Source of the DNA: an uncultured Methanosarcinales archaeon
Lineage (GTDB): Archaea > Nanobdellota > Nanobdellia > Woesearchaeales > DSVV01
Length of the DNA: 64,000 nt
NCBI GenBank assembly: GCA_964452935.1
Contig: CAYVNO010000005.1
Span: 8,558 to 72,557 of the forward strand
Direction: 5' to 3'
Positions 26,757 through 35,740 of this stretch are shown piece by piece (positions within the stretch are counted from its first letter, which is position 1; every line of letters begins with the position of its first letter). Made by a program: the position numbers and the translations under genes. Under the pieces are notes generated by a model, which was not told the origin of the DNA, did not search any database, and saw only the letters and a program-made list of their open reading frames with translations.

Positions 26757-27154
26757 ATAGATTATATGGTTGCCATAATAAAAAGGGAGTTTGGTTACAA
26801 AAGAGTACACTTTTTGAGGTACATTTGCGGTAACACAAATGGTAACACAGGCATATGTCACTAAGAAATGGACACGTAGAGAAATGCCCAGATTTTCTCT
26901 ATTTGCTCTGAAATGCCTGAATTTAGCCAGCTCACAGATTGTAGAAAATAAGGACAAGATTTATATAATCCAAAGACCTTAAATCCTTTATAAACAATAA
27001 AAACGAGCTCAAACGCTTGGAAAAGCCATGTGAGCCTAGTTGGTGCTGAGTCCGTGCGTAAAAAGTTTTGATGTAAGATTACGCATTAGGGCTTCTGGGT
27101 GCAGAATTCTAGGGTTTCGGGCTGTTAACCACTTAAAAGGGGTTACATACCGAA

Positions 27155-27829
27155 ATGTTTATATATAGACATATATTACCTTTAAATATGGCAAACGGAA
27201 GTACAACTCTAAAAGATCTTGAAGCAATGATAGGATCATCAGATATGAATAGATTAGACAGAGCTGTAAAAGGCCTACCAGAATCAGAGAGAGAGGAAGT
27301 TTACAGATCTTTCCTAAAACTGGGGGGATTGGTTGAAAAAGATGGTTTAACAGGAGTTTATAATAGACTTAGATTTAACGCAGACTATAAAAGAGAGACT
27401 TCAAGAGTAAAACGAGCAGAAAACAGAGGAAAAGATGTCACACTTATAATGATGGATATTGATAATTTTAAAGATTACAATGATACTCATGGCCATCCAG
27501 CAGGAGATGAAGTATTAAGAAAAGTGGCTCAATGCTTAGATTCGTGTATAAGAGACCAAGATAGTGTTTATAGATATGGTGGAGAAGAGTTTGCAGTTCT
27601 TGCTACAGACACTACAACAGAAGAAGGATTTGCAATCGGAGAAAGATTAAGAGCAGCTGTTGAAGAGCTAAGTTTAGGTACTCTTCCAGGTGTAACAGTC
27701 AGTGTAGGAGTCTCAAACTATAAAGGTACATGCAGCGAACCAGAACAATTAGTAGAATTCGCAGATCAAGCATTATATGCAGCAAAAAATGCAGGAAGAA
27801 ATAGAGTAAGAGTTTATGGCGGAAAATAA
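27155..27829 (+). CDS. Stand-alone GGDEF-domain diguanylate cyclase
   Basis: GLTGVYNR, MMDIDNFKDYND, HPAGDEVL, active-site GGEEF (nt 27578..27592), RDQD at the PleD-like I-site spacing, and ADQALYAAKNAGRNRV. The start may instead be MANGST at 27188. Confidence 0.9.
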   Translation: MFIYRHILPLNMANGSTTLKDLEAMIGSSDMNRLDRAVKGLPESEREEVYRSFLKLGGLVEKDGLTGVYNRLRFNADYKRETSRVKRAENRGKDVTLIMMDIDNFKDYNDTHGHPAGDEVLRKVAQCLDSCIRDQDSVYRYGGEEFAVLATDTTTEEGFAIGERLRAAVEELSLGTLPGVTVSVGVSNYKGTCSEPEQLVEFADQALYAAKNAGRNRVRVYGGK

Positions 27830-27832
27830 TTC

Positions 27833-28183
27833 TTAAAAGCTAAGAACATTTACTCCTAACAACATTAGAGCTATCATAAATGCAGCCACTAACACAAACT
27901 GTAAAACCCACGCTAATATTGCTCTTATCCAACCAATATCAAACATAAATCTATACAATAACAATAATATAATAAAAGAAGCAATTCCAGAGAAGATTCT
28001 TAACTTTGCATCTAAGAAACCATTAACTAAACCCATTAATAAGTTAATAGCAACCACTTTCAACAAAGAACTCCTTCCACCTAATAACTTCACAGCAATA
28101 TTCAGAGGAATAGCAGAAACAACCAAAACAACAACCCACCAAATCATCTGTGTAATATCCATAAGAATTCTAAAAACATTCAA
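27833..28183 (-). CDS. Small 4-TM membrane protein
   Basis: 116-aa hydrophobic ORF. Confidence 0.55.
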   Translation of the reverse strand: MNVFRILMDITQMIWWVVVLVVSAIPLNIAVKLLGGRSSLLKVVAINLLMGLVNGFLDAKLRIFSGIASFIILLLLYRFMFDIGWIRAILAWVLQFVLVAAFMIALMLLGVNVLSF

Positions 28184-28210
28184 TTATAAAAATGTTTTGG
28201 AAAACAATGT

Positions 28211-28993
28211 TTATTTACCCAAAGAAGTCAAATAACTCCATAAACGGGATAAACCAGACTGCTTTTTCTCTTCAACTAGAACTTCTTCCCCTTCAACTAA
28301 AACAGGATCTCTCTTATAATCATCTGCTTGAACTCTTGTAATGGTTGGAATGACTTCCATTCTAGAATTATTATAATTATATTTAACCTCTACTTTAATT
28401 CCATCACCAATGTCATAAGTTCTGAATTCAAACAAATGTGGTTCATGTCCTTCATATTCAACATCAGAATCTTGATACATTTTCTCAAATCCTTGTTTAA
28501 AATTTCCTTCCCCTGTTTCTATTAACCTTTCAAGTATTTTTGCAGTAACTCCAGCATCAGTATACATTATATCTCTATGTTGAACAAAAACTAGTCCTTC
28601 AAGATCTGCAGGTTTATCTCCTATCTGATCACCAATCACAATCATATTTGAAAGAGCCTCATCATCTGAGAATCCAACAGCCTCTGCAACTTTCTTATAA
28701 CTTTTCCCACCAGGAACCTCAGAAACAGTTTCTCCTCCAAAAACATGACTAAAATAATCTGTCAAACCTGTTCTTTCTAAAACAAAATTAGCATAATCTG
28801 TCGAACCTGATGTTGTAATCACATGTTCATATCCCTCGGATGATAATGAGGATAATAATTCAGTTAACCCAAATCTTAAAGAAGTAGGTTTCATCCCTTC
28901 TTCAACTTCTATGCCCATGAACTCATACTTGATTCTGCCAAAATACCCTAATGTTTCATCTAAATCCCAACAAATTACCTTCTTATCCCCCAT
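28211..28993 (-). CDS. HAD-superfamily hydrolase with C-terminal extension
   Basis: Motif I CWDLDETLG, motif II VITTSGS, motif III GGKSYKK, motif IV VIGDQIGD. Confidence 0.7.
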   Translation of the reverse strand: MGDKKVICWDLDETLGYFGRIKYEFMGIEVEEGMKPTSLRFGLTELLSSLSSEGYEHVITTSGSTDYANFVLERTGLTDYFSHVFGGETVSEVPGGKSYKKVAEAVGFSDDEALSNMIVIGDQIGDKPADLEGLVFVQHRDIMYTDAGVTAKILERLIETGEGNFKQGFEKMYQDSDVEYEGHEPHLFEFRTYDIGDGIKVEVKYNYNNSRMEVIPTITRVQADDYKRDPVLVEGEEVLVEEKKQSGLSRLWSYLTSLGK

Positions 28994-29053
28994 ATTTGAG
29001 GGTAATAATACTTATTTTATTAATGTTTTGGAAAAAAGAAATAAAAAAATAAA

Positions 29054-30757
29054 TCAACCACAACTTCCAGCTGGGACACTTTCAACTTCAACATCACTCA
29101 AATCAACATCAGCACATTCTTCAGGAGCTGTATCAAATGAATTACAAAGTCCTTGCATATATCCTTCTGCTGATCTGTCTCCATTAAACTTATCACCATC
29201 AATAAACACAGTTGGTGAACCTGAAACACCAAGTGAATTTCCTAACTCCAATTCAGCAGCTAAAATATCCATTGCTTCGTTTTCTTCACAATCAGATATA
29301 ACAGTTGTATCCAATCCTAAATCACTAGCAACTCCTTCCCAGCACGAATCTGCATTCTGATAATTGCATTTATCATTCATTTCTAAAACAAACTCAAACC
29401 ATTCATCCATTCCCATGTGTTTTGCAACACAAAACTCTCTAATATCTTGGTTTAGTTCTTGTACTCCATGCATTGAACAGTATTTACTCTCATCATCTAA
29501 GCAATAGTCTGGTCCACCACCATTGTAATTACTATAAATTACAAAATGTGGATTAAAGTCTGCACTATTTTTCAAAGCTTGGTAAACAGGTTCAATTGCT
29601 TCTTCTGCAACATTACCATATGGGCAATAACTCATCACAAAGAAATCAATTTGTGGTCTGTTATCTCCCTTTGTAACACCAATTGATTCATAAAATGAAT
29701 TCCTTGCATCTTCACTAACATAATATGAAGCACCAGTTACACTATCCCTTAACTTAAATGCATCACCAACCATCTCAAACGCTCCTCTTAAATCAGGAAC
29801 ACTCTGCCAGGTATCAGTGTTAACCACATTGCCATCAAAGATATAAGCAGGTAATAACGTGATACCTAAAGACTCAACTAACTCTTGTCCTTCTGCATCA
29901 TTTACATCTACCTCTCTCATGTCGAGATTCTTAAAATAACCAGCACTAACAGCAACAATCTGAGTTGTATCACATGATCCGCATTCTTTATCATTCAAAA
30001 CAATAAATTCAACTTCCTCATCTTCAACATAAACACATTCTGAATTCTCACATTTCCCAACTTTATCAGATTCTGCTGTACAATCTGTGTCTGCTGTACA
30101 ATCTGGAATATCATCACAAGCAGGATTTGAGTCCATGTAACTACACAAAGCTCTTATCAAAGATGTTGCATCCCTTCCACCTTGGTACGGTTGTCCATTA
30201 ATATACATTGTAGGACTTCCTCTTGCATTTGCTTGGTTACTTTTTGAAATAGATACTCTCAAAAGTTCTTCTCCTTCATTATCAAAACAATCCATTATCT
30301 TTTCTGCATCCATTCCATTTTCTTCTGCACAACTATCTACAGTGCCTTTTAAATCTTTCATATCTTTATTTTGACAAAAGATAAAGTCAACATATTCATC
30401 AGGATAATATTCCTTTGCACATAACTGAATTATATCTCCATCAATCTCTTGTTGTCCATGCAAACTCTGGAAAACTCCTTCTCTTTCACTTGCAATAAAA
30501 TCAATATCAATCTTGACACTATCACCTAAAACCTCAATAACATCAGGTAACGAATCTTCTACTTGGACTCCATAAGGACACTGACTCATAGCATACAAAT
30601 CAAACTCAACTACATCTCCTTCAACTGCAGTATCACCCATCATTCCAATGAATGCATTAGTAGAATAAATTACATACCCTAAGAATACAACACCAATTAT
30701 AACTCCTATTGTCCAATAGAGAGCACTCTTTTTCAACACTATCTCTTTTTTATCCAC
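29054..30757 (-). CDS. Membrane-anchored protein with three DsbA/thioredoxin-like domains
   Basis: N-terminal TM anchor. CPYG motifs (MSQCPYGVQ, MSYCPYGNV) and three GSPT loops (RGSPTMYINGQ, LPAYIFDGN region, SGSPTVFIDGD). It ends in PAGSCG. Confidence 0.7.
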   Translation of the reverse strand: MDKKEIVLKKSALYWTIGVIIGVVFLGYVIYSTNAFIGMMGDTAVEGDVVEFDLYAMSQCPYGVQVEDSLPDVIEVLGDSVKIDIDFIASEREGVFQSLHGQQEIDGDIIQLCAKEYYPDEYVDFIFCQNKDMKDLKGTVDSCAEENGMDAEKIMDCFDNEGEELLRVSISKSNQANARGSPTMYINGQPYQGGRDATSLIRALCSYMDSNPACDDIPDCTADTDCTAESDKVGKCENSECVYVEDEEVEFIVLNDKECGSCDTTQIVAVSAGYFKNLDMREVDVNDAEGQELVESLGITLLPAYIFDGNVVNTDTWQSVPDLRGAFEMVGDAFKLRDSVTGASYYVSEDARNSFYESIGVTKGDNRPQIDFFVMSYCPYGNVAEEAIEPVYQALKNSADFNPHFVIYSNYNGGGPDYCLDDESKYCSMHGVQELNQDIREFCVAKHMGMDEWFEFVLEMNDKCNYQNADSCWEGVASDLGLDTTVISDCEENEAMDILAAELELGNSLGVSGSPTVFIDGDKFNGDRSAEGYMQGLCNSFDTAPEECADVDLSDVEVESVPAGSCG

Positions 30758-30789
30758 ATTAATCCCCTCCTATTTATATAAAATTATGA

Positions 30790-30889
30790 TCCCCGCGGCC
30801 GGACTTGAACCAGCAACACGTCGGTCTACAGCCGACTGCTCTGCCAATGCTCCTTATCTTGAAACAAGATAAGTTTGAGCTACGCGGGG
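30790..30889 (-). tRNA. tRNA-Tyr (GUA) with about 26-nt insertion (intron) in the D-loop
   Basis: Hand fold: acceptor CCCCGCG/CGCGGGG with C1-G72 and A73, D stem GCUC/GAGC, anticodon arm GUCGG-CUGUAGA-CCGAC, T arm GCUGG-UUCAAGU-CCGGC. The D-loop holds an extra hairpin, CUUAUCUU-GUUUC-AAGAUAAG. A TTTAAATATA box lies about 25-35 nt upstream. Confidence 0.8.
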
Positions 30890-30948
30890 TATTTATATAG
30901 GGACTACTCTGCCTATATTTAAAGGTTTCTAACTATTTTATAAGTGGC

Positions 30949-32373
30949 TCACTTCTTTGTACTTGCTCTATTAGAATAAATCTTAACAAACTTTCCTTTC
31001 TTATTCTTAAACTTAACAATCGTTGATGGCAATTTATAACTGCCAATAACTTCCATCTTAGAATTCAATAAGTAAGTTATTATTCTCTCTTCATGTGGTT
31101 CAAGATGAGCTAACTGCCATCTTATAACAGTTCCTTCTCTTGCATGTCTTATAACTTTCTCTGGTTTTAATGTTCCTACCTCAAACTCTTTCTGTAACTC
31201 AGTTAATTGAGGCAGTTTATCTATAATCCTAACATTCTCAACTAGTTTAGATGTTCTATTTTTTACATGAATTAACACCTTCACCTTGCTTCTCTTCTTT
31301 AAAATCATTGCCTCCTTTTTCACAACAACAGGGCTTCTAAAAACATAATACCCAACAATACCTAATGTAATCAACAATAACGCAATAATTATCGGCCTAT
31401 AATTCCTAACAATCTCAATTTCAACAGATTCATCAGCAGGAATTACTAAGGACCATTTAAAATATCTCTTCCCATTTATCTCAACAACTTCAGGATCTAA
31501 ATTTGTAGAAGATAATAGCTGCTTCAACAGAGTAGTCTCAAATAAAACCTCTTCTTCTGCTTCAATATTCCCATTATTTGTATAAACTAAAATTTCCTCT
31601 ATCTTAAACAAAGACTTTCGTATTTCAGGTAAACTAACAACAACATCTACAAATCCTCCAATCTCAATCTCTTTTCTTAACGGAGAATAAGTTTTAGACA
31701 TTGCTCTTACTGTTATTATCAACATATCTGTAACAGGTTCTTGATCAGAATTATATACAATCTCAAAAACTTCTGTCTTTCTTTCCAAAGGTGCTAAAGT
31801 GGTAACTCTATTTGCTTCAAATAAATCACTCATAATATCAATTTCAAGATCTGTAATATTCAACATATTCCTATTTATCAGATTAACCTTTAACTCAACC
31901 ATACTCCTAGGATCAATCTCTTCAGGAATATCAATATCCATATTCAAAGAAGGCAAATATCCTCCGTATGTAGAACCTTCTGATGTAAATAAAAATGACA
32001 TATTAAACAATGTCTCTTCTCCTGTATTTTTTGATTTAAGCATTACAGTATAAGTGTATTGGGCCCTCGGAGCATCACTTACAGGAGAAATCTTAATAAC
32101 AGATGTCACCTCAGAATTAGCAGGCACATCAATACCAGAAAGATGAGTTAAAGGGTCTGTCTCAACACTCCATCTAGGGTCATCTAAGAATATAATATCT
32201 AACTCTTCAGCACTATAACCAAAATTTACAATATTTACATTAAATTCAGCAGTCTCCCCTAGTTTTATAACATCATTCACAGCCTCAACACTCACACCAA
32301 TCTCTGCCAAAGCTATACTGGAGAATAAACTAATCACTAATAAGAATAACAATATCTGCTTAAAAACCTTCAT
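30949..32373 (-). CDS. Secreted/membrane-anchored beta-sandwich (CARDB/NEW3-like) protein
   Basis: Signal peptide, beta-rich repeats, and an internal TM (IIIALLLITLGIVGYYVF). The function call is weak. Confidence 0.55.
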   Translation of the reverse strand: MKVFKQILLFLLVISLFSSIALAEIGVSVEAVNDVIKLGETAEFNVNIVNFGYSAEELDIIFLDDPRWSVETDPLTHLSGIDVPANSEVTSVIKISPVSDAPRAQYTYTVMLKSKNTGEETLFNMSFLFTSEGSTYGGYLPSLNMDIDIPEEIDPRSMVELKVNLINRNMLNITDLEIDIMSDLFEANRVTTLAPLERKTEVFEIVYNSDQEPVTDMLIITVRAMSKTYSPLRKEIEIGGFVDVVVSLPEIRKSLFKIEEILVYTNNGNIEAEEEVLFETTLLKQLLSSTNLDPEVVEINGKRYFKWSLVIPADESVEIEIVRNYRPIIIALLLITLGIVGYYVFRSPVVVKKEAMILKKRSKVKVLIHVKNRTSKLVENVRIIDKLPQLTELQKEFEVGTLKPEKVIRHAREGTVIRWQLAHLEPHEERIITYLLNSKMEVIGSYKLPSTIVKFKNKKGKFVKIYSNRASTKK

Positions 32374-32428
32374 TAATCCACCTCTTAGCTATATATTCTT
32401 TAATATACTGATATATATAGTTTTTGTT

Positions 32429-34906
32429 TCAAACTAGAACTCTACTATTGTGCTCATTCTTAGTAACTCTAATCACACTATCAACAAAACTCTCTATCTT
32501 ACTCTCATGACTTACAATAACTACTTGTTTCATACCCAACTCTTCAAGCACATCCCTCACCTTGTCTAGCTGGTCTGTGCTAAAACCATCAGTAGGTTCA
32601 TCAAGAATTATAATGCTCTTAGTATTAATTGTTGTAATAAACTCATTAATGACTTTATTTAAAGATAATCTATAAGCTAGCGCAACAGATGTCTTTTCCC
32701 CTCCACTCAAATCTCCCACTAATGTCTCATATCCGTTCTGCACTACTAAAGGGGTAAATGTTTCATCTAATCTAACATTAATAGTCTCATCCTCCATCAG
32801 AATATTAAACCAGTTCATAAATAAATCGTTAAACTCTCTGTGAATCTTTACCATAACATGTTTCTCAATCGTATCCATCAATTTCACAAAGAAATTATCA
32901 ATCCAATTAATCAGTTGCATGATATAATCTAACTCTTCTTTTTGTTTATCCAATTCCACTAGCTGAATCCTTAATCTCTCAATATTCTTCTCAACTGACT
33001 CGCTCTCCTTTAAAATTTCTGCCCGAGATATCTCCAACTCTTTCTCTTTCTTCATTATCAAACTAAACTTTTCCTTAAACTTCTTTACTTTCTCTCCAAC
33101 ATCTCCATAATTTTTTATATCTCTCTTTAAATCATCTCTTTTATTATTACACTCTTCAATATTTTTATTTATCTCTGTTAGCTCTCCAAGAATAGAATTT
33201 TTCAAACCATTTTTCTCTCTCAACAAATTAATTAAATTATTCTTCTCTAACTCTTTTTGTAAGTAATCTCTTAACACCGACAACAACTTTTTATCTTTCT
33301 CAAGTTTATTATTTAACTCATCAATATTTACTTTCTCTAACACATTAATCTCATTCTCTAACCCACTAATCTTCTCATTCACGTCTTTCAAAATCTCTTG
33401 TTTATCTGAAACCTCTTTACTTATCTCCTCAATTCTCATAATCCCAGACTTCAAGACTTCACACTTCTTCTCACATTCAATTATTTTATCTAATTTACTC
33501 TTCACAACACAATGTTTTTCATCTAAATCAGTCTTCTCTTTCTGAAATTTATCTAAATGAAACTTTGCATCAGTTATTTTATTTTCTTCACTATTTTTTA
33601 TTGAAAACTTATGTTCATCATTAACCTCCCTCAAACACAGCGGACATTTTTCCATAGAAGTAATTTTATCTTTTAACTCTGTGGCCTGTTGAATCTTCAA
33701 CCCATACTCACTTACCCCCTTCACAGCGATCTTTAATTTCTCTTCAGTCTCACTAATCTCTCTTAAAATATCTTCTTTATTCTTCAACACTTCTTCAAAC
33801 TCATTTAATAACTTTTTTTTCTCAGAAATATCAGGAATCTTACCTAACTTCATATTAACTTCTTCATCTAACTGAAACTTTTGTTTCTTTAGATGGGCAT
33901 GTTCTTTTCTAACTTCTAAATTTTTCTTATTAAATTCATTTATATCGTCCATAAACCTTTCAACAGACTCCTCAATCTCTTTTATATCTCTCTCAGTAGG
34001 TTTTTCAAGAACAAACTCTGCTAACTTCTCATTCAACTCCCCAATCTCACTATTAATTTTCTCAAGATTCTTATCTTTTGCCTGTTTCTGTTGATTTAAC
34101 GAGTTAATGTTATTATTTTCCACCTCTAACTTATTCTTCAAACTATTCAATAACTCTAATTTCTCCTCCACACTCTTTAATCTCTCCTCTTCTTGTTTTA
34201 TATTATCATTAATCTCTCCTAACTCCTTATTAACTCTCTCTAACCTTTCTTTTGAACTCCCAACATTCTCCTCTAAGCCCTCTTTTTCTGTCTTAAAAAC
34301 ATCATAGTTTACAAGCTTTGAATTAATAATCTTGGCCTTTGTTTTCAACTCCCTCATTATAAAAACAGCATTCTCTCTAGTCCTCTTGTATTTATCAATA
34401 TTAAACACATTTCTTAACGTATCCAACCTTGTGTTTGTATCATCTGTTAATATCTTTTTCATCTCTTCTTGGGGAGTAAAAACAGTATATCTATAAACTA
34501 AATCTTTCCCTTTAGAAACAATATCTGACGGATAACCTAATAACTCTAAAACTCTTGACTTCAATTCAACAGCAGTTGCATCTATCTTTCTTTCATCCAT
34601 TATCAAAAATCCAGAATCCTGTTTAACACTATCTTTTGATCTTTTTAACGACCGATTGATTATAACTTTCTTCTCATTTATCTCTGCAGTTAACTCAACA
34701 AATCCATCGTTTGTTCCATTCCTCAACAACGAAACTCCTGATAAATCTCCCCTCTTTATACCAAACAACGCAAACTCAATAGCTAAAAGAATGGTGGTCT
34801 TCCCACTTCCAATATCTCCTGATAACAAGAGAGAACCATCTGGAAAAACTATTGTTTCGCTTGTATAAGAACGAATATTATAGAGCTTCAAGGAAATTAT
34901 CTTCAT
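32429..34906 (-). CDS. rad50: Rad50/SbcC-type DNA repair ATPase
   Basis: Walker A GDIGSGKTT, long coiled coil with CxxC zinc hook (MEKCPLCLR), signature LSGGE, Walker B IIILDEPT. Confidence 0.85.
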   Translation of the reverse strand: MKIISLKLYNIRSYTSETIVFPDGSLLLSGDIGSGKTTILLAIEFALFGIKRGDLSGVSLLRNGTNDGFVELTAEINEKKVIINRSLKRSKDSVKQDSGFLIMDERKIDATAVELKSRVLELLGYPSDIVSKGKDLVYRYTVFTPQEEMKKILTDDTNTRLDTLRNVFNIDKYKRTRENAVFIMRELKTKAKIINSKLVNYDVFKTEKEGLEENVGSSKERLERVNKELGEINDNIKQEEERLKSVEEKLELLNSLKNKLEVENNNINSLNQQKQAKDKNLEKINSEIGELNEKLAEFVLEKPTERDIKEIEESVERFMDDINEFNKKNLEVRKEHAHLKKQKFQLDEEVNMKLGKIPDISEKKKLLNEFEEVLKNKEDILREISETEEKLKIAVKGVSEYGLKIQQATELKDKITSMEKCPLCLREVNDEHKFSIKNSEENKITDAKFHLDKFQKEKTDLDEKHCVVKSKLDKIIECEKKCEVLKSGIMRIEEISKEVSDKQEILKDVNEKISGLENEINVLEKVNIDELNNKLEKDKKLLSVLRDYLQKELEKNNLINLLREKNGLKNSILGELTEINKNIEECNNKRDDLKRDIKNYGDVGEKVKKFKEKFSLIMKKEKELEISRAEILKESESVEKNIERLRIQLVELDKQKEELDYIMQLINWIDNFFVKLMDTIEKHVMVKIHREFNDLFMNWFNILMEDETINVRLDETFTPLVVQNGYETLVGDLSGGEKTSVALAYRLSLNKVINEFITTINTKSIIILDEPTDGFSTDQLDKVRDVLEELGMKQVVIVSHESKIESFVDSVIRVTKNEHNSRVLV

Positions 34907-34943
34907 TTAGAAATTGGATAATTTATTATTTTATAAAATTTTT

Positions 34944-35708
34944 CTAAGCAACTTCTTCTCTTTTTAAATACAAAGGTCTAACCTCTTCCTTAAACTTCTG
35001 TCTATATGTCTCACTAGGGATGTATTTCCTAGCAAGCCCCTCAATCAACCCATCAATCTCTTCAGGAGCATAATCTCTAACCTTACAAAAAACTCCGTGA
35101 TTATCGTGTAAAAGCGCTTTAACAGCAGCACTACCAATTAATGGAGGATTAGAATACAACGCACTAGCCACAAAACTTCTTGGAGGACTCCATACAAAAA
35201 CATTAAGCATACTACGACAATGACTTCCACTGTAACTTTCTTCAAGATAACTTTCCATAGCTTCTTGATCTCCTTTAAACAAATCAAGCAAAAGCCTATT
35301 CTTCCTTGCAGAATATAATCCTACATGTCTTCCAATAACTCCTTCACTTTCTAAACCATGCATAGAATACTCTTCTCCTTCTATTGCTCTATAAACCTCA
35401 GGATCAACATCTAACATTCCCATACTAAAATCTACACAGTCAAACGCACTAACCCAATCAAAGTCATGATCTATCTTAAACAAACCATTCTCACCATAAA
35501 CAATCGCTGTATGAGAAATTAATGGAACTCTTCTAAGAACTTCATCTTCTACCTTTCTAGAACAAACTTCTGCAAAACTTTGTTGCAAACCTTCTCTTTG
35601 TCTACTAACTAACCCATCAATCACCATATCGAATGGTTCATAATGCCCTAGAACACCAGTTAAATCTTCTCTAAAATCATGGATTTTCCTACCGTCAGTA
35701 AACTGCAT
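34944..35708 (-). CDS. Hypothetical protein (Lys-poor)
   Basis: 254-aa ORF. It lacks the Mre11 phosphoesterase motifs despite its position upstream of rad50. Confidence 0.55.
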   Translation of the reverse strand: MQFTDGRKIHDFREDLTGVLGHYEPFDMVIDGLVSRQREGLQQSFAEVCSRKVEDEVLRRVPLISHTAIVYGENGLFKIDHDFDWVSAFDCVDFSMGMLDVDPEVYRAIEGEEYSMHGLESEGVIGRHVGLYSARKNRLLLDLFKGDQEAMESYLEESYSGSHCRSMLNVFVWSPPRSFVASALYSNPPLIGSAAVKALLHDNHGVFCKVRDYAPEEIDGLIEGLARKYIPSETYRQKFKEEVRPLYLKREEVA

Positions 35709-35740
35709 AGCAACTCTAATAATTTCATCTATGATTCTAT

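Noticed and set aside
26493-26957. Long ORFs 26493..26864 (plus) and the full-length 26571..26957 (minus).
   Set aside because: Only the C-terminal 61 aa of the minus ORF looks like a protein (RHH fold). The rest and the plus-strand ORF cross repeat-containing noncoding DNA and have implausible sequence.
27021-27150. tRNA-like fragment (AGCCTAGTTGGTGCT resembles a D-arm) that might mark an integration site.
   Set aside because: I could not build an acceptor stem, T-arm or anticodon arm around it. It is kept only as part of the unexplained noncoding region.
5653-30889. Hypothesis that the integrase-bearing element is integrated into the tRNA-Tyr gene, spanning 5.6-30.8 kb.
   Set aside because: No copy of the tRNA 3' end (CCCCGCGGCCGG...) is present near the integrase end. 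Ordinary housekeeping-like regulators lie in between.
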